The notes beneath the pieces are model-generated. The model was given only the letters and a program-made list of their open reading frames with translations. It was not told the origin of the DNA and did no database searches. A program made the translations under genes and the position numbers. Below are positions 13,734 through 28,100 of a stretch of DNA of 64,000 nucleotides, one piece after another (position 1 is the stretch's first letter; each line of letters opens with the position of its first letter). Source of the DNA: Microthyrium microscopicum (Eukaryota); NCBI GenBank assembly GCA_010405405.1, contig MU004230.1, positions 3,382,627 to 3,446,626 on the forward strand. The letters are read 5' to 3'.

Positions 13734-16700
13734 TTAGAGCTTGACAAGACGCAACAAGAATGTGGCCTTATGGACCTCTTGTTCCTCTTCGACAATGACA
13801 ACCTCATTGCCACCCTCTGGAATCTTCCCTTCGACCTCCATAACGACATGCTTGTCCATCGGCCGCCTCAGGGCCTTCTCTAACATTGCCGTCTGACTCT
13901 CGAACACCTTCTCTATGCCTGTCCCCTCAGGATCCTCGAGGACACGATACTCCATGCCTACATCATCAGTCGGCACCAGCCCCGCCTTCTGACGGAGTCG
14001 CTGTACGCGATTGATGATTTCGCGTGCTAAGCCTTGCTCGACTAGCTCCGGATATGTCTTTGTGTCGAGGATGATAATGACGTCGTTATCCGTATTAAAC
14101 TCCTGGTCTGCGGTCACCTTATCCTCTTTCATTCCGCGCTTAACAACCAAATCGCCCGCTTCGAGCGGAATGCCGTCTACGGAGATGGTGCCTGTTTCCA
14201 GGTAGGCAAGGATTTGCTCATTGGTGAGCGCGGGTAGTCCCTTCTTGACACGTCCGACTTCTTTACGCAACTTTTTGCCAAGGACAGGCCAGTCGGCGTT
14301 GACGCTGTACTGCACGTTGTGCGCTTCTTCGTCACTGCTCAGCTCAAGGTTCAAGACATTGAGCTCGCTGCAGATGTAGCTTTCAAGATCTTTGATGTCG
14401 TCAAGGTACTGTTGGTCGCGGTGAATGACGGTGAGGGTTTTAAGGGGCGTTCGGATGCCGATTGTCTTGCGCTCGCGACTAACGCGCCCGAGGTCGATGA
14501 CAGTTTGCATACGACCTACGCGGCGTTCGATGACTTCGTCAAAGAGTTCTTCGCGGACTTCGGGGTAAGGGAGGAAGTGGACACTGCGAGAATCTTCTGC
14601 GCGGTGCTTCTCTGGAATATATGGCAGGAGGCGTTGGTAGATGTTGTCGGTTATGAAAGGAGTAAATGGGGCTAGTCCACGACATAGGGTGAATAGTACT
14701 TCAAAAAGTGTGTTGAGAGCGCGTTGGGTATCGTCAACGCCAAATTCTCCCTTTAATCGTCGACGGTTGAATCGAATGTACCAGTTGTTGTTGCTGTCAA
14801 TCAATGAGAGAAGTCGAGGGACAACGGTATATAATCGATATGCCGCCATTTCCTCGTTGACAAATTTGAGTAAGCTTTGGCAAAGCGCCAGAATCCATTT
14901 GTCCATGACATTAGTGTTTGTCTTTCCCAATTCGGGGTCAGACATAAAGTCAATGTTTTCAATCTTCTTTAGTAGCGCCACTTGTTGCTGGAAGAACTGG
15001 TAGCTGTTCCACAAAGGCAAGAGAACCTTGGTTACTAAAGCTTGTCAGTAAGAATTCACTTTGAGGAACCAAGAATAACATACCGATATCTTTGACTCCG
15101 GCTTCCTTGAAACGCAAGGTCTCCGCGCGAACCACTGGCGAGTTTATCATGTATAGGCGCAGAGCATCTGAACCATGGCGATCCATGATGATGGTTGGAT
15201 TTGGGTAGTTGTTCAGACTTTTGCTCATCTTCTTACCATCCTCAGCCAGCACAATACCGTTTACCACGCAGTTTTTGAATGGAATGACACCCTTGAGATG
15301 TGTTCCTAGAACAAGCATTGTGTAGAACCAGCCTCTCGTTTGATCCAGCCCTTCAGCAATAAAGTCGCCAGGGAAGGACTCTTCAAACAGCTCTTTGTTC
15401 TCGAAAGGGTAGTGGAGCTGAGCATACGGCATACTTCCAGATTCAAACCAACAGTCAAACACTTCTTCTATGCGCTTCAGGTCACCTTTTCCGTTCTTGC
15501 TGGGGATGGTTATGTTGTCGATGTGATGTTTGTGCAGGTCCTTGATACCAGTCTTGCCGCTGAGCTTCTCGAGTTCCTCTGCGCTTCCAATACACACCAT
15601 TTCTGAGAAATCTTCGTTTGCCCAGATTGGAATTGGTGTACCCCAGTACCGATTTCGTGAAAAGTTCCAATCCCGTGCGTTGGCAACCCATTGGCGGAAT
15701 CGATTCTCTTTCACGAACCCAGGTACCCAGTGAGAGTCCTTGTCTAAGGTGTCCAGCATTGGTTGCACAGTGTCTCCCATTTTGATGAACCATGAAGATA
15801 CAGCACGGTAGATCAACGGTGTGTCTGAGCGCCAACAAAATGGATATGAATGGAAGAACTGGCTCTCACTTACCAAACGCCCCGTTGTTCTGAGATGCTT
15901 AATGATAGCTTTGTCTGCATCCTTGACGTATTGGCCGGCAAAGTCGCTGACTTCTTCCGTATAAATCCCTTGGTCGTTCACGGGGCAAGGCGGTAACCGG
16001 TCGTGGCTGATGATACCATTTTCCATGGCAATTCTGTAATCGTCCTCACCAAATGCTGGTGCCTGGTGGACGATACCAGTACCGCTGTCGGAGGTAACGT
16101 ATTTGTCGTTTAACACTTTGAAGGCGTGATCTTTGAACTGATCCTGGAAGTATGGGAAGAGCGGTTGGTATTTCCACCCAAGCATATCCTTTCCTTTGAT
16201 TTTCTTTTGCAAAACCTTGAATTTCGCCTTTTTCGGATCTTTGTACAAGGATTTCAGTAAAGCTTCCAGCAGGATATATGTTTTGCCAGAAGCCTCGTCC
16301 GTAATTTTGATATAGTCGAAATCTGGATGTACGCAAAGACCCAGATTTGACGGAAGAGTCCACGGTGTAGTTGTCCACGCCAACAAACTTGTCGCCGGCT
16401 CGTCAACAAGCGGAAATGCAACCACCACAGCCGGATCCTGCACATCTTTGTAATTTTGCTGAGCCTCCATGTTGCTCAGTGGTGTAGTAAGACCTGTCGA
16501 GTATGGCATGACTCTGTATCCGCGATACACCACACCTTTGTCCCACAACTGCTTAAACACCCACCATTCCGACTCCATGAAAGGAAAGTCCATAGTCTTG
16601 TAATCATTATCGAAATCCACCCATCGTCCCAGTCGTCCAATAGTCTGGCGCCACTCATTCGAGTATTCCATAACAATGGAACGACATGCCTCATTGTACT

Positions 16701-17025
16701 TGTCAATTCCCATCTTCATCACATCTTCCTTGCCCTTGATGTTGAGCTTCTTGTCAATGATATGCTCAATTGGAACACCATGAGTGTCCCAGCCGAACCG
16801 CCGCTCCACAAAACGGCCTTTCATGGACCAATATCTGGGGATAATATCTTTTATGGTGGAGGCCAGTAGATGGCCATAGTGAGGGAGACCGGTGGCAAAA
16901 GGCGGGCCATCATAGAAGGTATACGGTTTGCGGCCTTTGGAGAGTTCGACTTGTCGTCGAAAGGCGTCGATTTCGTTCCACTGTGCGAGGATGCGCTCCT
17001 CCTCCTTGGGGAAGCTGATGGACAT
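13734..17025 (-). CDS. ILS1: Cytosolic isoleucyl-tRNA synthetase
   Basis: DGPPFATGLPHYGH (HIGH-type) and KMSKS motifs, WTTTPWTLPSN editing motif; intron 15035..15083 joins the two ORFs in frame. Confidence 0.97.
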
Positions 17026-17173
17026 GATTTTTTAGGCAACACTCAGCAGGCAGGCAATGGCTAGAGGTTGTGTGTAGAGGTGTGGGAAAACGAAAGCGCG
17101 ACGACTGCGCAGCTGTGTTGTTTAAAAGGGCGACGCTGTGAGGATGACTGCGAAGGATGAGGCGTCGGACTTG

Positions 17174-17179
17174 GAGTCA
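17174..17179 (-). promoter_or_regulatory. Putative Gcn4/CpcA element (TGACTC) upstream of ILS1
   Basis: GATGACTCC on the minus strand about 150 bp upstream of the ATG. Aminoacyl-tRNA synthetases are known general-control targets, but the motif is short. Confidence 0.4.
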
Positions 17180-17604
17180 TCTACGGAAATCACTATAAAT
17201 TTGGACGGTGGTTACCCAATCCCAAGGTTGGTGGGATGACAGGGTGGGGCATGGGAGCTCTTTCCTTCACAGTTTAGTGGGCAGCCCGAGCGGAGCTTCA
17301 GCCTTATGTTCAGCCTTCCCGAGGTCCAGACATTTGATGCAACTCAAATGAGAGTACAAGAGGGTTGAAACTTTTCATTCAAGACGTCAAACGTGTTCTA
17401 GGGAGCACTCGCTCCAAGATGATGCTGATGATTGCCTAAATAGGTATCTTCCGTGCCTAGTCTACCACATACCATCCATCGTTCTCGAATCCCCAAGAGA
17501 CTCAACCGAGGAGATCGCATCCATCTCACGCGATCGTGTCGCTACCTATCTGATCTATCTTCCATCCATGGTAATATCAAGCATTCCTACATTCGGTCGA
17601 ATAA

Positions 17605-19674
17605 CTATGCTAATCGAGGTTAAACCCCTTCACTTTCTTAGTAATATGTTCAGTGCTATCATGCCGCTTTTGCAAGGACGACAAAGACCGCGGCCATCCA
17701 TTGGTCCCAGAGCTGCCGACGTGCGTACTTCTCGCGCCATCGTGCCCTGAGCCAGGCGACGCCGGGCGCTTGGGAGGGATGTTCTCACCAGATTCTCGGA
17801 GGACGGCGAGAAGTGTTTGCCATCCTGGACTGTTGGATAATTGAAGACCGAGCGATGGATCTTGTTCTTTGGCGAGGCGACCGAGGAGTGAGGATTCATC
17901 CTAATTCTGTTAGCTACAGTCAAAATGATGCAAAAGGTTAGCACATACGTCGCTCAGTATTCCAAGTCCACGAATGAAAGACAGGAGATGGAAATCTGAC
18001 ACAATCTTGATGTCCGACGGATTGTTGAGTTTGAGGCCACCAGTGGCAGCTTTGAGTGTCTTCCCTAGCACTCGTACATCTTGTAGTTGGCCTATTGAGT
18101 CGCGATTCTCCACTGGGAAGGCGGATGAGATAAATTGAGGGTGAACTTCGTTCGGGAAGCCGTGTGTCAGTGTGACTAGTAGGTACTCCACGGGAAACGA
18201 AGGCTTTGCGTTCTCTTGGACATTGGCCCCATATTCGTTCTTCTTCCGGTAAAACACTTCTGGGATGTATCGCGTGCGGCCCAGTTGCTCGTCTTCCTCT
18301 TCATTCTGAACAAGCATCACAGATGGCTCCGCAGATGGCTCGATGATGTCGGATCGCACCATCTCCATAGCTGAGGTCGATGCTTGATATGAAGAAATGA
18401 GAATTTGTCCATCTTCATCGCCGGTGATCACGCAAGTGACGAAATTAGACCCAAATCTACCGGTATCACTCCACTTGGTAGCGCGAGGATACTTGGCTTG
18501 ATGCTGTGCAGCAAAGACAACCTCTAGTGACGAAAGGAAGTAGGAGTCAATGTGACGTTTGCAGACGACTGATCCATCACCCGCGCCAGCATCAATCAGG
18601 TCTGTGAAGATCACGCCTAGGCGCTCCATACCGCACTGCCGCGCCATTGCGTCTACCTCCTTTTCGTTTGCCCATTCTCCTAACGATACACCATCTATTT
18701 CGTTGATCTGAGGAGGTTCGTAGATTGCTTCAACCACAGCTTTGGTGCCCAGTGGAACTTCTGCATATTCCTCATATCTGCCGTATAGATACCCCAGTCG
18801 TTGTGAGCCAGACGTCCGCCAGAAATCGAGCAGGGAGTTGATAAGATCTGGAGAAGCAAACTCTACGTGATCTACCATCCGATACTCTTGCTGTTGTAGG
18901 ATAATAGCACTGGGCTGGCATTTCGTGCAAATACCCTCTGGCCACGCCGGATGCCCGGAGGGACAATTTGGTTTTACGCCGTAGTTTGGCTCGCTCAGCG
19001 GAGGCATGTAGGAAGTTCCAGTCTCGGGCTTATTCTTGGAACTGTTGATTTTGCGAAGGTAGGAGTGGAAGGACAGATGTTTGATTTTCTTGTCTGCTAG
19101 GTATTCCTGGGCGAACGGTTCTAAAGGCATGCAATAATCGCACATGCCTTTCCCGCCATGTCGGCACATTTTATTGTCTCGAGGACGTGTGATCTTGCCA
19201 TCTTTCTTATCTAGCGCGTCATCTAGAGACGACTGCTTGACAGTCTCCCAAGGATTTTTTATGAGAACGGCTTGTTGTGGTATCTTGGATCGGGCTTCGG
19301 CGGGAAGGACGGCGCGGCCACTGAGGCGGTTCGCAGTAGGTTCTGATTCGGTGCTATGGCCGTTTGCTGACGATTCGAGGGTCTTGTAGTCTATGAAGAG
19401 CAGATCACCATTCCTAGGTTATTTCATTAGAATAAAACCAAACCAGAACAACCGAAGCATAATACCGTAGTCCAACGCGACTAAAACTAACACCACGAAG
19501 GTCCGCTATCTTTCTGGCCTCGCCACCGTGCGGTTTGTTGCTTAGCGTCAACGTCGAGGTATCGACATTGTCTGGAAGCTTTTCGGCTAGTGCTGGCAGC
19601 ACAGAGGGGAACTCGTCATCTTGATTGACTTCTAGTCGGAACTGGCCATCTCGACCACGGAAGCGAAGAAGCAT
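17605..19674 (-). CDS. NPL4: Npl4, Cdc48 cofactor (ERAD)
   Basis: [10 protein letters not shown] start, zinc motifs [12 protein letters not shown] and [21 protein letters not shown]. Introns 19414..19465 and 17901..17948, plus a retainable intron 17610..17788. Confidence 0.95.
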
Positions 19675-20508
19675 ATTGTACGCGATCGAAGGTATGAGAG
19701 CTTCGCTATGTAAGGTATGCGAGAAGGCGATGGGGAGTAGGTCGTGGACAACTTGTAGCTTATAGAGGGACGCGGAAGAAGAACGAAGCTTAGAGCTTGT
19801 AGACGGAGAGGAGGAGAAATAAAGGGAAAATGTTATAGTGTGGCCGAAAGGTAAGTGAAAGTTGGTAGGCTTGGTGGGTGGTGGGCTGGAAGATGATGGA
19901 GATGGAAAGAGCTCTGAAGGTTGCCAAATCCACGTCACCTCCACTCCGCAATACTAGCCCAACTTCACTCTATCATCACTGCTTAACCTTCAGTGTGAGA
20001 AAATATGTCATCTTGAGCTCACAGCTTGGACATTTCATACATCAACACTTGACTCTATCATTTTCTTTGTTTTAGATCTTAAGCGTTACGGAGTACTGAG
20101 AGCTGCGTTGACTCGAGCCTTGCCACTACCTTACTTCATCCCATCATAAGAACTGATCTTTGACTCGACCCGCAGGATTCAAACAGGTCTCAAGACATTC
20201 AGAATCGCATAGACAGTAATATTATCAGTATTAGGAATAATTGACATAACCGCGCGCATCATACAGGTAACTCCACATTGAAGCCCTGCCCTGGATCTGA
20301 AAGCTCACGCCAATTATGGAGAGCAACCCGATTTATATTGCTTAGCGCTTAAGAAAGAAGATCTATATAACTAACCCATGTATCCGCGGAGCTTAAGGTA
20401 ACGTTGTGACAACTTATAGACACGTTGGAATGTCTCACGATTGAACAACTGCACTGGTAGATTTGTACTTCCTTAACTTCCCATGTGGTGATAAGACACT
20501 CAGCCGCC

Positions 20509-21937
20509 ATGTTTGCGATCATTCTATTTTCATTTCTCGCATTCATACATGTCACATTCGCAGATCCAAGCTCAGGATGCAAAAAGCGAGCCGGAGTCGA
20601 AGATATCTTCGAAGCACCACCCTCAGAACTCACCTTCGAAGGCCGCCATATCCGGCTAATATTCCCACCCAAATACAAGATCTTCAAAGCCTCACCACTA
20701 ATACTCGCCTACTCCGACCGAGGCATGGACACACGCGAATTCAGTAAACTTACAGCCTTTGATCACCCCGAACTAAACAACAACGCCATCATAGCCTTCG
20801 TCTCCCCCAAATCCGTACATCCCCCATCTCCCCCCTAACCAATAGACACCCACTAACAAATATGTCTAGGACTACTGGATCACCGACCCACAGTCCACCT
20901 GGGACCCAGAAGACATCAGCTTCGACTCCGACGGCACCGATCCCGCCAACGATCTCGACTACACACGCGTCCTCCTCAACCACCTCGAGCGCACCTTCTG
21001 TCTCAACACCCAGCGCATTTACGCCGTCGGTCTCGGCACTGGCGGCGGTGTCGTCCACCAACTCGCCTGCCACACACATCTCTCGCGACGCATTGCGGCT
21101 TTCGCGCCAATCAATGGCGCTTTCTATAGGCCGCGCGGTAGTGAAGCTGAGGACTTGCTTTGGGGAAAATGTATGATTGGCAGACGACCGATTCCAATGC
21201 TAGAGATCCATGGGGTGGAGAATGGGGAATATTTGCTCAAGCCGGAGATGGAGCATGCGCGTAGTCTGGAGGTTTTGAGTGCGGAGGAGTGGGTTAATGA
21301 TTGGCGGGCGCTGAATAATTGTGGTGAGGATGTTGGTGAGACGGTGGAGAGTGGAGCGAGTCGGGCGGTGCGGATGACTCAACTACAGGGCGGGCAGAGA
21401 AGTGAGAGTGTTACATATGGTGGGTTGGCGCGGAAGGTCTCGTATCGGTGTGGATATTGGTCGAATCGAAATAATAGCGATTTCAAGACGGAGGAGAAGG
21501 ATGGAAGAAAGATTAACTTGTTGCATTATGCGGTGGAGCGGTTTATGCATGGCTGGCCGAGAATGAAGGGGCCGGTGCAGGAGGAGGTTGAGTTTTATGG
21601 GAACAAAGTGAAGCCGTTGGGAGCGCCGAACTTTGATGCTTCGGTTGTTGTGCTGGAGTTCTTTCGACAGCATAAGCTTCCGCCTTATGGTGTTATCCAG
21701 GGACAGGCGAAGAGGCTGTTGATTGAGCGAGGAGCGAAGGTCTACAAGGACGGGCCGTCAGTGAAGGATGCCAAATCGATGAGAGACTCAGCGAAAGCGG
21801 CAAAGGCGGCGAAAGATACTGAAGATACCCAAGACACCAAGAAAGATCGAAAGGGGGCCTACAAGAAAGGCACTGCAAATGATGTCAAAAAGGCTGAGAA
21901 GAAAGATCACAAGAGCACCCGCAAGGATGAGCTATGA
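20509..21937 (+). CDS. Carbohydrate esterase family 1-like (feruloyl esterase/PHB depolymerase fold) protein with signal peptide and C-terminal KDEL
   Basis: Hydrophobic N-terminus followed by SSGC; intron 20815..20869; FCLNTQRIYAVGLGTGGG..HQLAC, AAFAPINGAFY, C...RPIPMLEIHG; ends in KDEL. Confidence 0.75.
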
Positions 21938-22224
21938 GACAACCTACAAAGTTCGAGCCTTGATGAAGGGCCGCGGATTTCTCGAATCCTTTTGACTCTC
22001 CTCCGCTGATATGATTGAAGAGACATTTCACCGAGCACAGTCCCGGAATGTTAGGGAGACTTTGTCGTACCAGAGGTCATCGAATTGGCGACACAATAGA
22101 GGATTGTTACGAATGATGTTGGAAGAAAGTTGGTAGCAGGTGAAATGATATTTCATGCTATGTATTGCTGATGATGCTCGCTAAAAATGAAACTCACGCT
22201 GGTGTATGCCTATGCAGAAGACAA

Positions 22225-24351
22225 TCAAGTTCTTCCAATACTAAACCTCTCAATGAAGTTCTTCCGTACAGTCCACATCCTAGCTCGTTTGCCATAGATG
22301 TACATCGGTATCGAGAAAAACATCAACCCAAGCTGTATTCCGCCCAGAGCAAGAAACACTGACTTGCTGCCTTTAGCCTCAAACCACTGAGGAAAGAAGA
22401 GTGAGAACACAAGCCCATGGAAAATATCTAATAAATGTTAGCCAGTCCCCAAAACAATCCGTTGCCGACGTACTCTTTGAAAAGTTGAGCGTGACCAACG
22501 CCTCTCCAGCATACTGCCGATAGCTGTCAACACAGAAAGTAATGGCCGTCGTAGATCCAAGCGAGCATCCAAAGCTCACAATCCCAAAGAACACCGTCGG
22601 CACTATCCACGCATCTCGCTCTTCAGCTGCCCATCCAAAACCCATTAGGCCAACAGTCGTGCTTATCGCAATGGGCAATGCCATGACCAAGCGGAACTCA
22701 GGCTCGTAGACGCCGCCATTTCTCCTAGCCATGGCGCGCACGATAATGTCGGAAAACTTTCCTGCGACTGCTGTACCGAGTACTCCGCCGATGAATGGAG
22801 AAAGGTATACTAAGCCTGCCTGGAATGAGGTGAAGTTGTAAGTATCCTTGCTCCTGTAGATCGACGTGATCGCTTCCGATATCACAATCAGCCATCCTAT
22901 GCTTAGCGAATAGACCATGGCACTCCATAACACAGAGGGATAGGCGAAGAGAATAAATGGCCGAACGGCTACTGTGATCCAGTTGTCGTAGCTGAGTCGA
23001 CCAAAGTACGGTTTGAGGGTGTGTACAAACTTCTTCTTCGGAGCATCTCGCCAGTGTTCTGTGTATTCGAAGCGGACATGGTTTGCGCCATCTCTTGACT
23101 CGTCTTGATGAGATGTTCTCTCCTCTTTTGGTTCTGGTTTTGACTCCAAACGCTCTTCGCCTTCGGGTTCTACAGGCTCTTCTTTCTCAGTCTCATCTTC
23201 TATGGCCTTTGGAGGCAAATCTTGAGATTCACTAATCTCATTCGCTCCACTATGATTCTGGCTCCGGAAATGCGACGTCAACCTGCGAAGAGTAGGTCTG
23301 ATATTATCAGTACTATCCTCCATGCCATGCGGTCTAGGCGTCCGATCCCAAAACGTCTCCGGCAGAAACAAGAACAGCAAAATCGCTCCAAACGCGACAA
23401 ATATCGCCACCGCCCTGAATCTGTCAGTTACCAAACCATATGGTTCAATCCTGACTTACCAAAACGCCCATCTCCAACCCGCCTTATTAATAATAACCGC
23501 ACTAACCAACGGCACCAAATTCTTCCCACTCAACAACAGCAGCGTATACACACCCAGCCGAAACGCCCTCTCATGCAGAAAAAATATCTCCGCCACCGTC
23601 GCACTCGGCAACACCTCCACCGGACTCACCGCCACGCCCTGTAGGACCCGCGCTGCCACCAGGGACCCAAAACTCTTTGCGAAGCCACACCATAGCGACG
23701 TGGCGATGAATAGCAGACTACTGATCAAATACACCGGTCTCTTGCCCAGCAAAATCGCCGTCGGACTCATCAACGCTCCACCCACACCCAGCCCCATCAT
23801 ATACAAGCCCGTCGTGAGCGCGACGCGCTGGATCGATATGTCAAAAGTAGTCGCGACGTTGCCAAAGCCCGCGGCCAACACGGGCGTCATACCGCCGCCG
23901 AGCATACAGTAGAAACCTAGAGAGAGGAGGGCGAGGTTTCGGCGGTATGGCGGTAGGTTTAATGGGTCGTTGTGTGTGTCTTCCGGCTGTGGTTCTAGGA
24001 CGATCTTGCCATCGGGCGTAGTCTTTTTCTTCTTGGCCGCGCGCGCGGTGGAGCGGCGGGAGAAGGTCGGGCGGTGGGTGGTGGAGGAGAGGGAGTTTGT
24101 GCGGGAGAATTGTGATGGGAAGGAGGAGCTTGATATTCGGGCTGGGAAGTTTTTCATTCCGAGGGGTTCGTTGATCTTCTCGGGGCCGGAGAGGAGGAGG
24201 ACGGAGCCTGGGATTGTTTGTTATTATCGTGTATAATGTTTTTGGGGCTTTGAGACTAACCTGGGACTTCATCGGTTTGCTTGTCGCTGAGGATACCGAG
24301 ATTTCGTCGCTTTCTGGGTGGCGAGGCCATCTCGATTTCTGGATCGCTCAT
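22225..24351 (-). CDS. Major facilitator superfamily transporter (DHA1/HOL1-like)
   Basis: LEPQPEDTHNDPLN, GKRPVY, EIFFLHERAFRLG, PETFW, YEPEFRL; introns 24208..24260, 23415..23459 and 22428..22473. Confidence 0.92.
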
Positions 24352-25160
24352 GGCTGATGTGGTTGGTGAAGGAGATCTAATATCGCACGATACTGTACTC
24401 TAATGATGTCTGATGAAGAAATGAATCTAAAGAATAATGAAGCAATGAATCTAGAAGTGGGACCTGCTTGGAATCAGGCCCCTTGGGTCCCTTGAAATGC
24501 TGCTTTGCAAAGAATAGTCGTCATACTCGAGCATCTAAGGCTGATAGACGCAGTCATCTGAATAGCAAAGTCTGTCAATGTCTCAAGAGCGGAAAGAGGC
24601 GGCTCTTGTAAAAGAGTCGGAAAGAAGTGGACGCAGGATCTACAAAAGCTTGGTGTTGTGACGCGTGATGAAATCGTCACACCCGTCGCCAGTGCTGTAC
24701 AAGGAACATATCGACTTGTTTGACAGATGTTGCATACCATGCTGATATCTCCAAGAACTATGCATTGAATTATTGGCTCTAGAAAACGATTTCGGGCTTG
24801 GTAAAGCTTGGTATAGCGGTGAGAAGTGTGGAACCTGATCTTCTGACTTTGGCAGGCGGCCATGAACCGTACAGCACGCCCACTCCAGATCAGCATACTG
24901 CATCTTTCCCATGTGAAGGGAGGCCTCAATTCAACACTAAATCATGCACGTCAGATATGTCAATTACTAGTTACGAACATGGCAAAATATTGTGATAGTG
25001 CTTTTGAAATTCATACTGCACTGCAGGCTATTCTGCCCTTTTCCATCATACACATCAACTAGACGTAGCCTTAATACCTTATAGACATAATGTCCACATC
25101 AAACCCCCAGAAACCCAGAGTACAGACCCATGCATTCGCAGGCTATCAAGCGTACATCTC

Positions 25161-28100
25161 CTAACGTCGACCGTACGCATTATTCTGGTTCCCACGGTTG
25201 TTCCCTCGGCCATTCTGATAGCCTCCTCCGCGAGACTGACTATAATCATCTCGTCGTCCACCATTTCCATACCCTCCTTGCTGCCTGTTATCATAACCAC
25301 CTTGATTGCGATTATCATAGCCTCTATCGTCTCGTCGTCCATCTTGACCTCCACGGTAACTACCGCCCTGGCCACCGCGCTGATCATAGCCACCACCGCG
25401 ATTTCCGGTCCATCCATTATTCTGGCTGCCGCGATTTTGTGACTGATAGTTGCCGCCTCGGCCGTACTGAGGTGGAGGAGCAACTGGATGCCCGCCAGCG
25501 TTCATGGGTGGTGGTGGTGGCATGCCAGGGTTCCAGCCAGGAGGAGGTGGAGGAATTCCACCGGGGAAATTGGTGGGAAAGCCTGGAGGGGGGAAGTTGT
25601 TGGGATCAAAGTTAAGATGAGCAGCGAAAGGGTTACCACCTTGCTGTTGTTGACCTTGTTGACCGTATCCGCCGCCACGATTATTGCCACGATTATTGGA
25701 CTTTCTGTCCCGGTCATAGTTGTTGTAGCCTCCACCGCCATGGAAGTTTCTATTGTCGGCGTTATATTGATCCAAAGGCGCACCTCCGAAGGATTGATAC
25801 CCGCCTCTACCACCTCTGCCACCCCGACTTGCCCGATTACGCTGGAAATCAATGTCGTGAGAATCCAGTTTGCGTGCAGGCATGTTGAGGCCTCGAAGAA
25901 GTTGTGATTTGTGGACGTTGGTCGACTTGGGCATATCATAGTATACGCTGAAAAATGTTAGCTTTGTCTTAGAAACGGGAATAGTAATTTTACCTCATGG
26001 TATTGTCCACATCAAGGCCAGGGAGGAAACCTTCTTCCAAAGGAAACTCTAGCGGACCATTGGGAATGAATGAGTCCATCTTGGCGACATGTCCAGTGAG
26101 ACCGTCTGATTTCGTCGTATCGAGAGGGACTATGGAGGAACTACTCTTCTTAGAGTAGAACTTGCTGACGGTTTCATCAAAAAGAGGATGGTGTTGTGAA
26201 AAGAGCATAATCTCGCGACCGGGCTCATTGCGATCCTTTTCGGCTTGAGTGAGAAGGGGATATCGTGGCGCCATGGCCTCCAATAAACGCTTTTCGTCGA
26301 TGAATGGAAGTATAGCAACGCCTTGCCAGGCAAACTTCTTGCCATTCAGATCGATGTAGAAGTCTGTGGGGTAAAAGTCGATGATCGGACTGTCTTCATC
26401 CATCATCAAATCCCAGAAAGGCTCAGGAATAGCGAAGCGAGAATCAGCCGGAAACACTCCCATGAGTTGTTCATAAGGCTTGAAGGGTTTGGTTTCTACA
26501 AAGGTGGGTGTCCATTCTGCCATTTCAACAAAATCGGCGGCAAAAGGCGCATAGTGGTGAGGGTAAAACCATTGCCATGAGGGACAGCCTTGCATGTAAT
26601 ATTGCAGGACCCAGCAAACTCCCTCAACGTAGTCTTTAGCAACACTCTTTCGGAACTCCATGTCTTTTGGATCAGCACCGAATTTTTGTTGATAGTAGCG
26701 ACTTTCATATCCATCTTCCCACAATCTAACGTTGTCGATTGGCATACCATCTTCATCGACAACCGGAACGTTATTACCCTTGGGAATGGGAGTGCTTCGG
26801 CCTGGGGTTGCGAGATCACTTTGTGAATCGTCCTCGTCCTGTTCCATGAGCTCTGCTTTGCGCTTGTTTGGTGCACTTTGAGGAGTATTGGGGACTTCTG
26901 CTGGCGTCTGGCTCTCGGAATTACTCTCAGCAGCTTGGGAGTTAGTGGAAGATTGGCGGCGTAAAAGCTGTTCCTTTATAATAGCGGCTGCGCTCTTGTT
27001 GGCGTCCACGGACTGGGCCTGAAATACCTCTTTGTTATAGATAACTTCCGTGGCAGTTTCTTCAAACTTCTGTTTCTTCTGACTGTTAGGGGTGTTCTGT
27101 TGACTTCGTCCTCCTCGGCTATAACGACTTTCACGCTGCTCGCGCATTTTCTGTTTCTGGTTACGCTTCACTTCAACCTCTCGCCGCTTTTGGAAAATGC
27201 TAGCCTCTCGTGTCGCTAACCCGCTCAGAATCAATTGGGCTTTTGCAAGATCTACAGTGCCATCTTTGGTCACGTAGCCGTCCATTATCGGCAAATTGTC
27301 TTTCCAGATGGTTACCAAGTTATCGATTCCTTCTTCTCTAATTTCAAGACTGGGAAGATGAGGGAGGAAGTCATTGCCGACGAAGAAGCAAAGGAAGACG
27401 TAATCATCGATAGCCCGTTCCAGGTCGAACTTGAAAGTCTGTTTTGGGGAGTTTAGGTCGATTTCCAGATACTCTCGAAGAACTGATAGGGACAGCCATA
27501 TATACGGTTGTTTTCCCTTCTTCTCTTTTTCGTCGAACTCTCCTACTTTCACTTTGGCTTGGCCTTTGCATTCATAAGCTTTGTGCCCTGTTTGACCACA
27601 TATGTTACATTTCATCTGATTTCCTTGCTGCCAGAATACATCTTCTCGGAGAATTTTGAAATGAGGCTCGTGAGTTGCAAGACCCAGCATAATTAAGTCT
27701 GCATCCAGACCGTAAATGACATGGCTGGTATTTGGATCATGATCTGGAGAACGTCGCTGCGATCGAATGAATTCCATCATCTTGTGCTCTCCTTCACCCG
27801 GGATAGATGCATCCGAAAGGATGACTTTGAGATTTTTCCAGCCTGGATCTTTATTGAGCTTGTAAGCAATCCAATATCGCAGACTTTCTGACAGATTGAA
27901 CATGAAGGGAGTTCCGGGAGTGATCTGATTTGTGTCCCATTTTTCCTTCTTCACATTCGAATCCGCTTCAGCTTGTCCTGTCGATACGAGGAGCTTGTGG
28001 AACTCTTCGGTCTTCTCATTCTCCACTCTAGCTTCTTGTGCGGCTCGAAACCGTCGCGATCGCTGCTGATTCATTTTCGCTCGAGGAGCAACACCATCTG

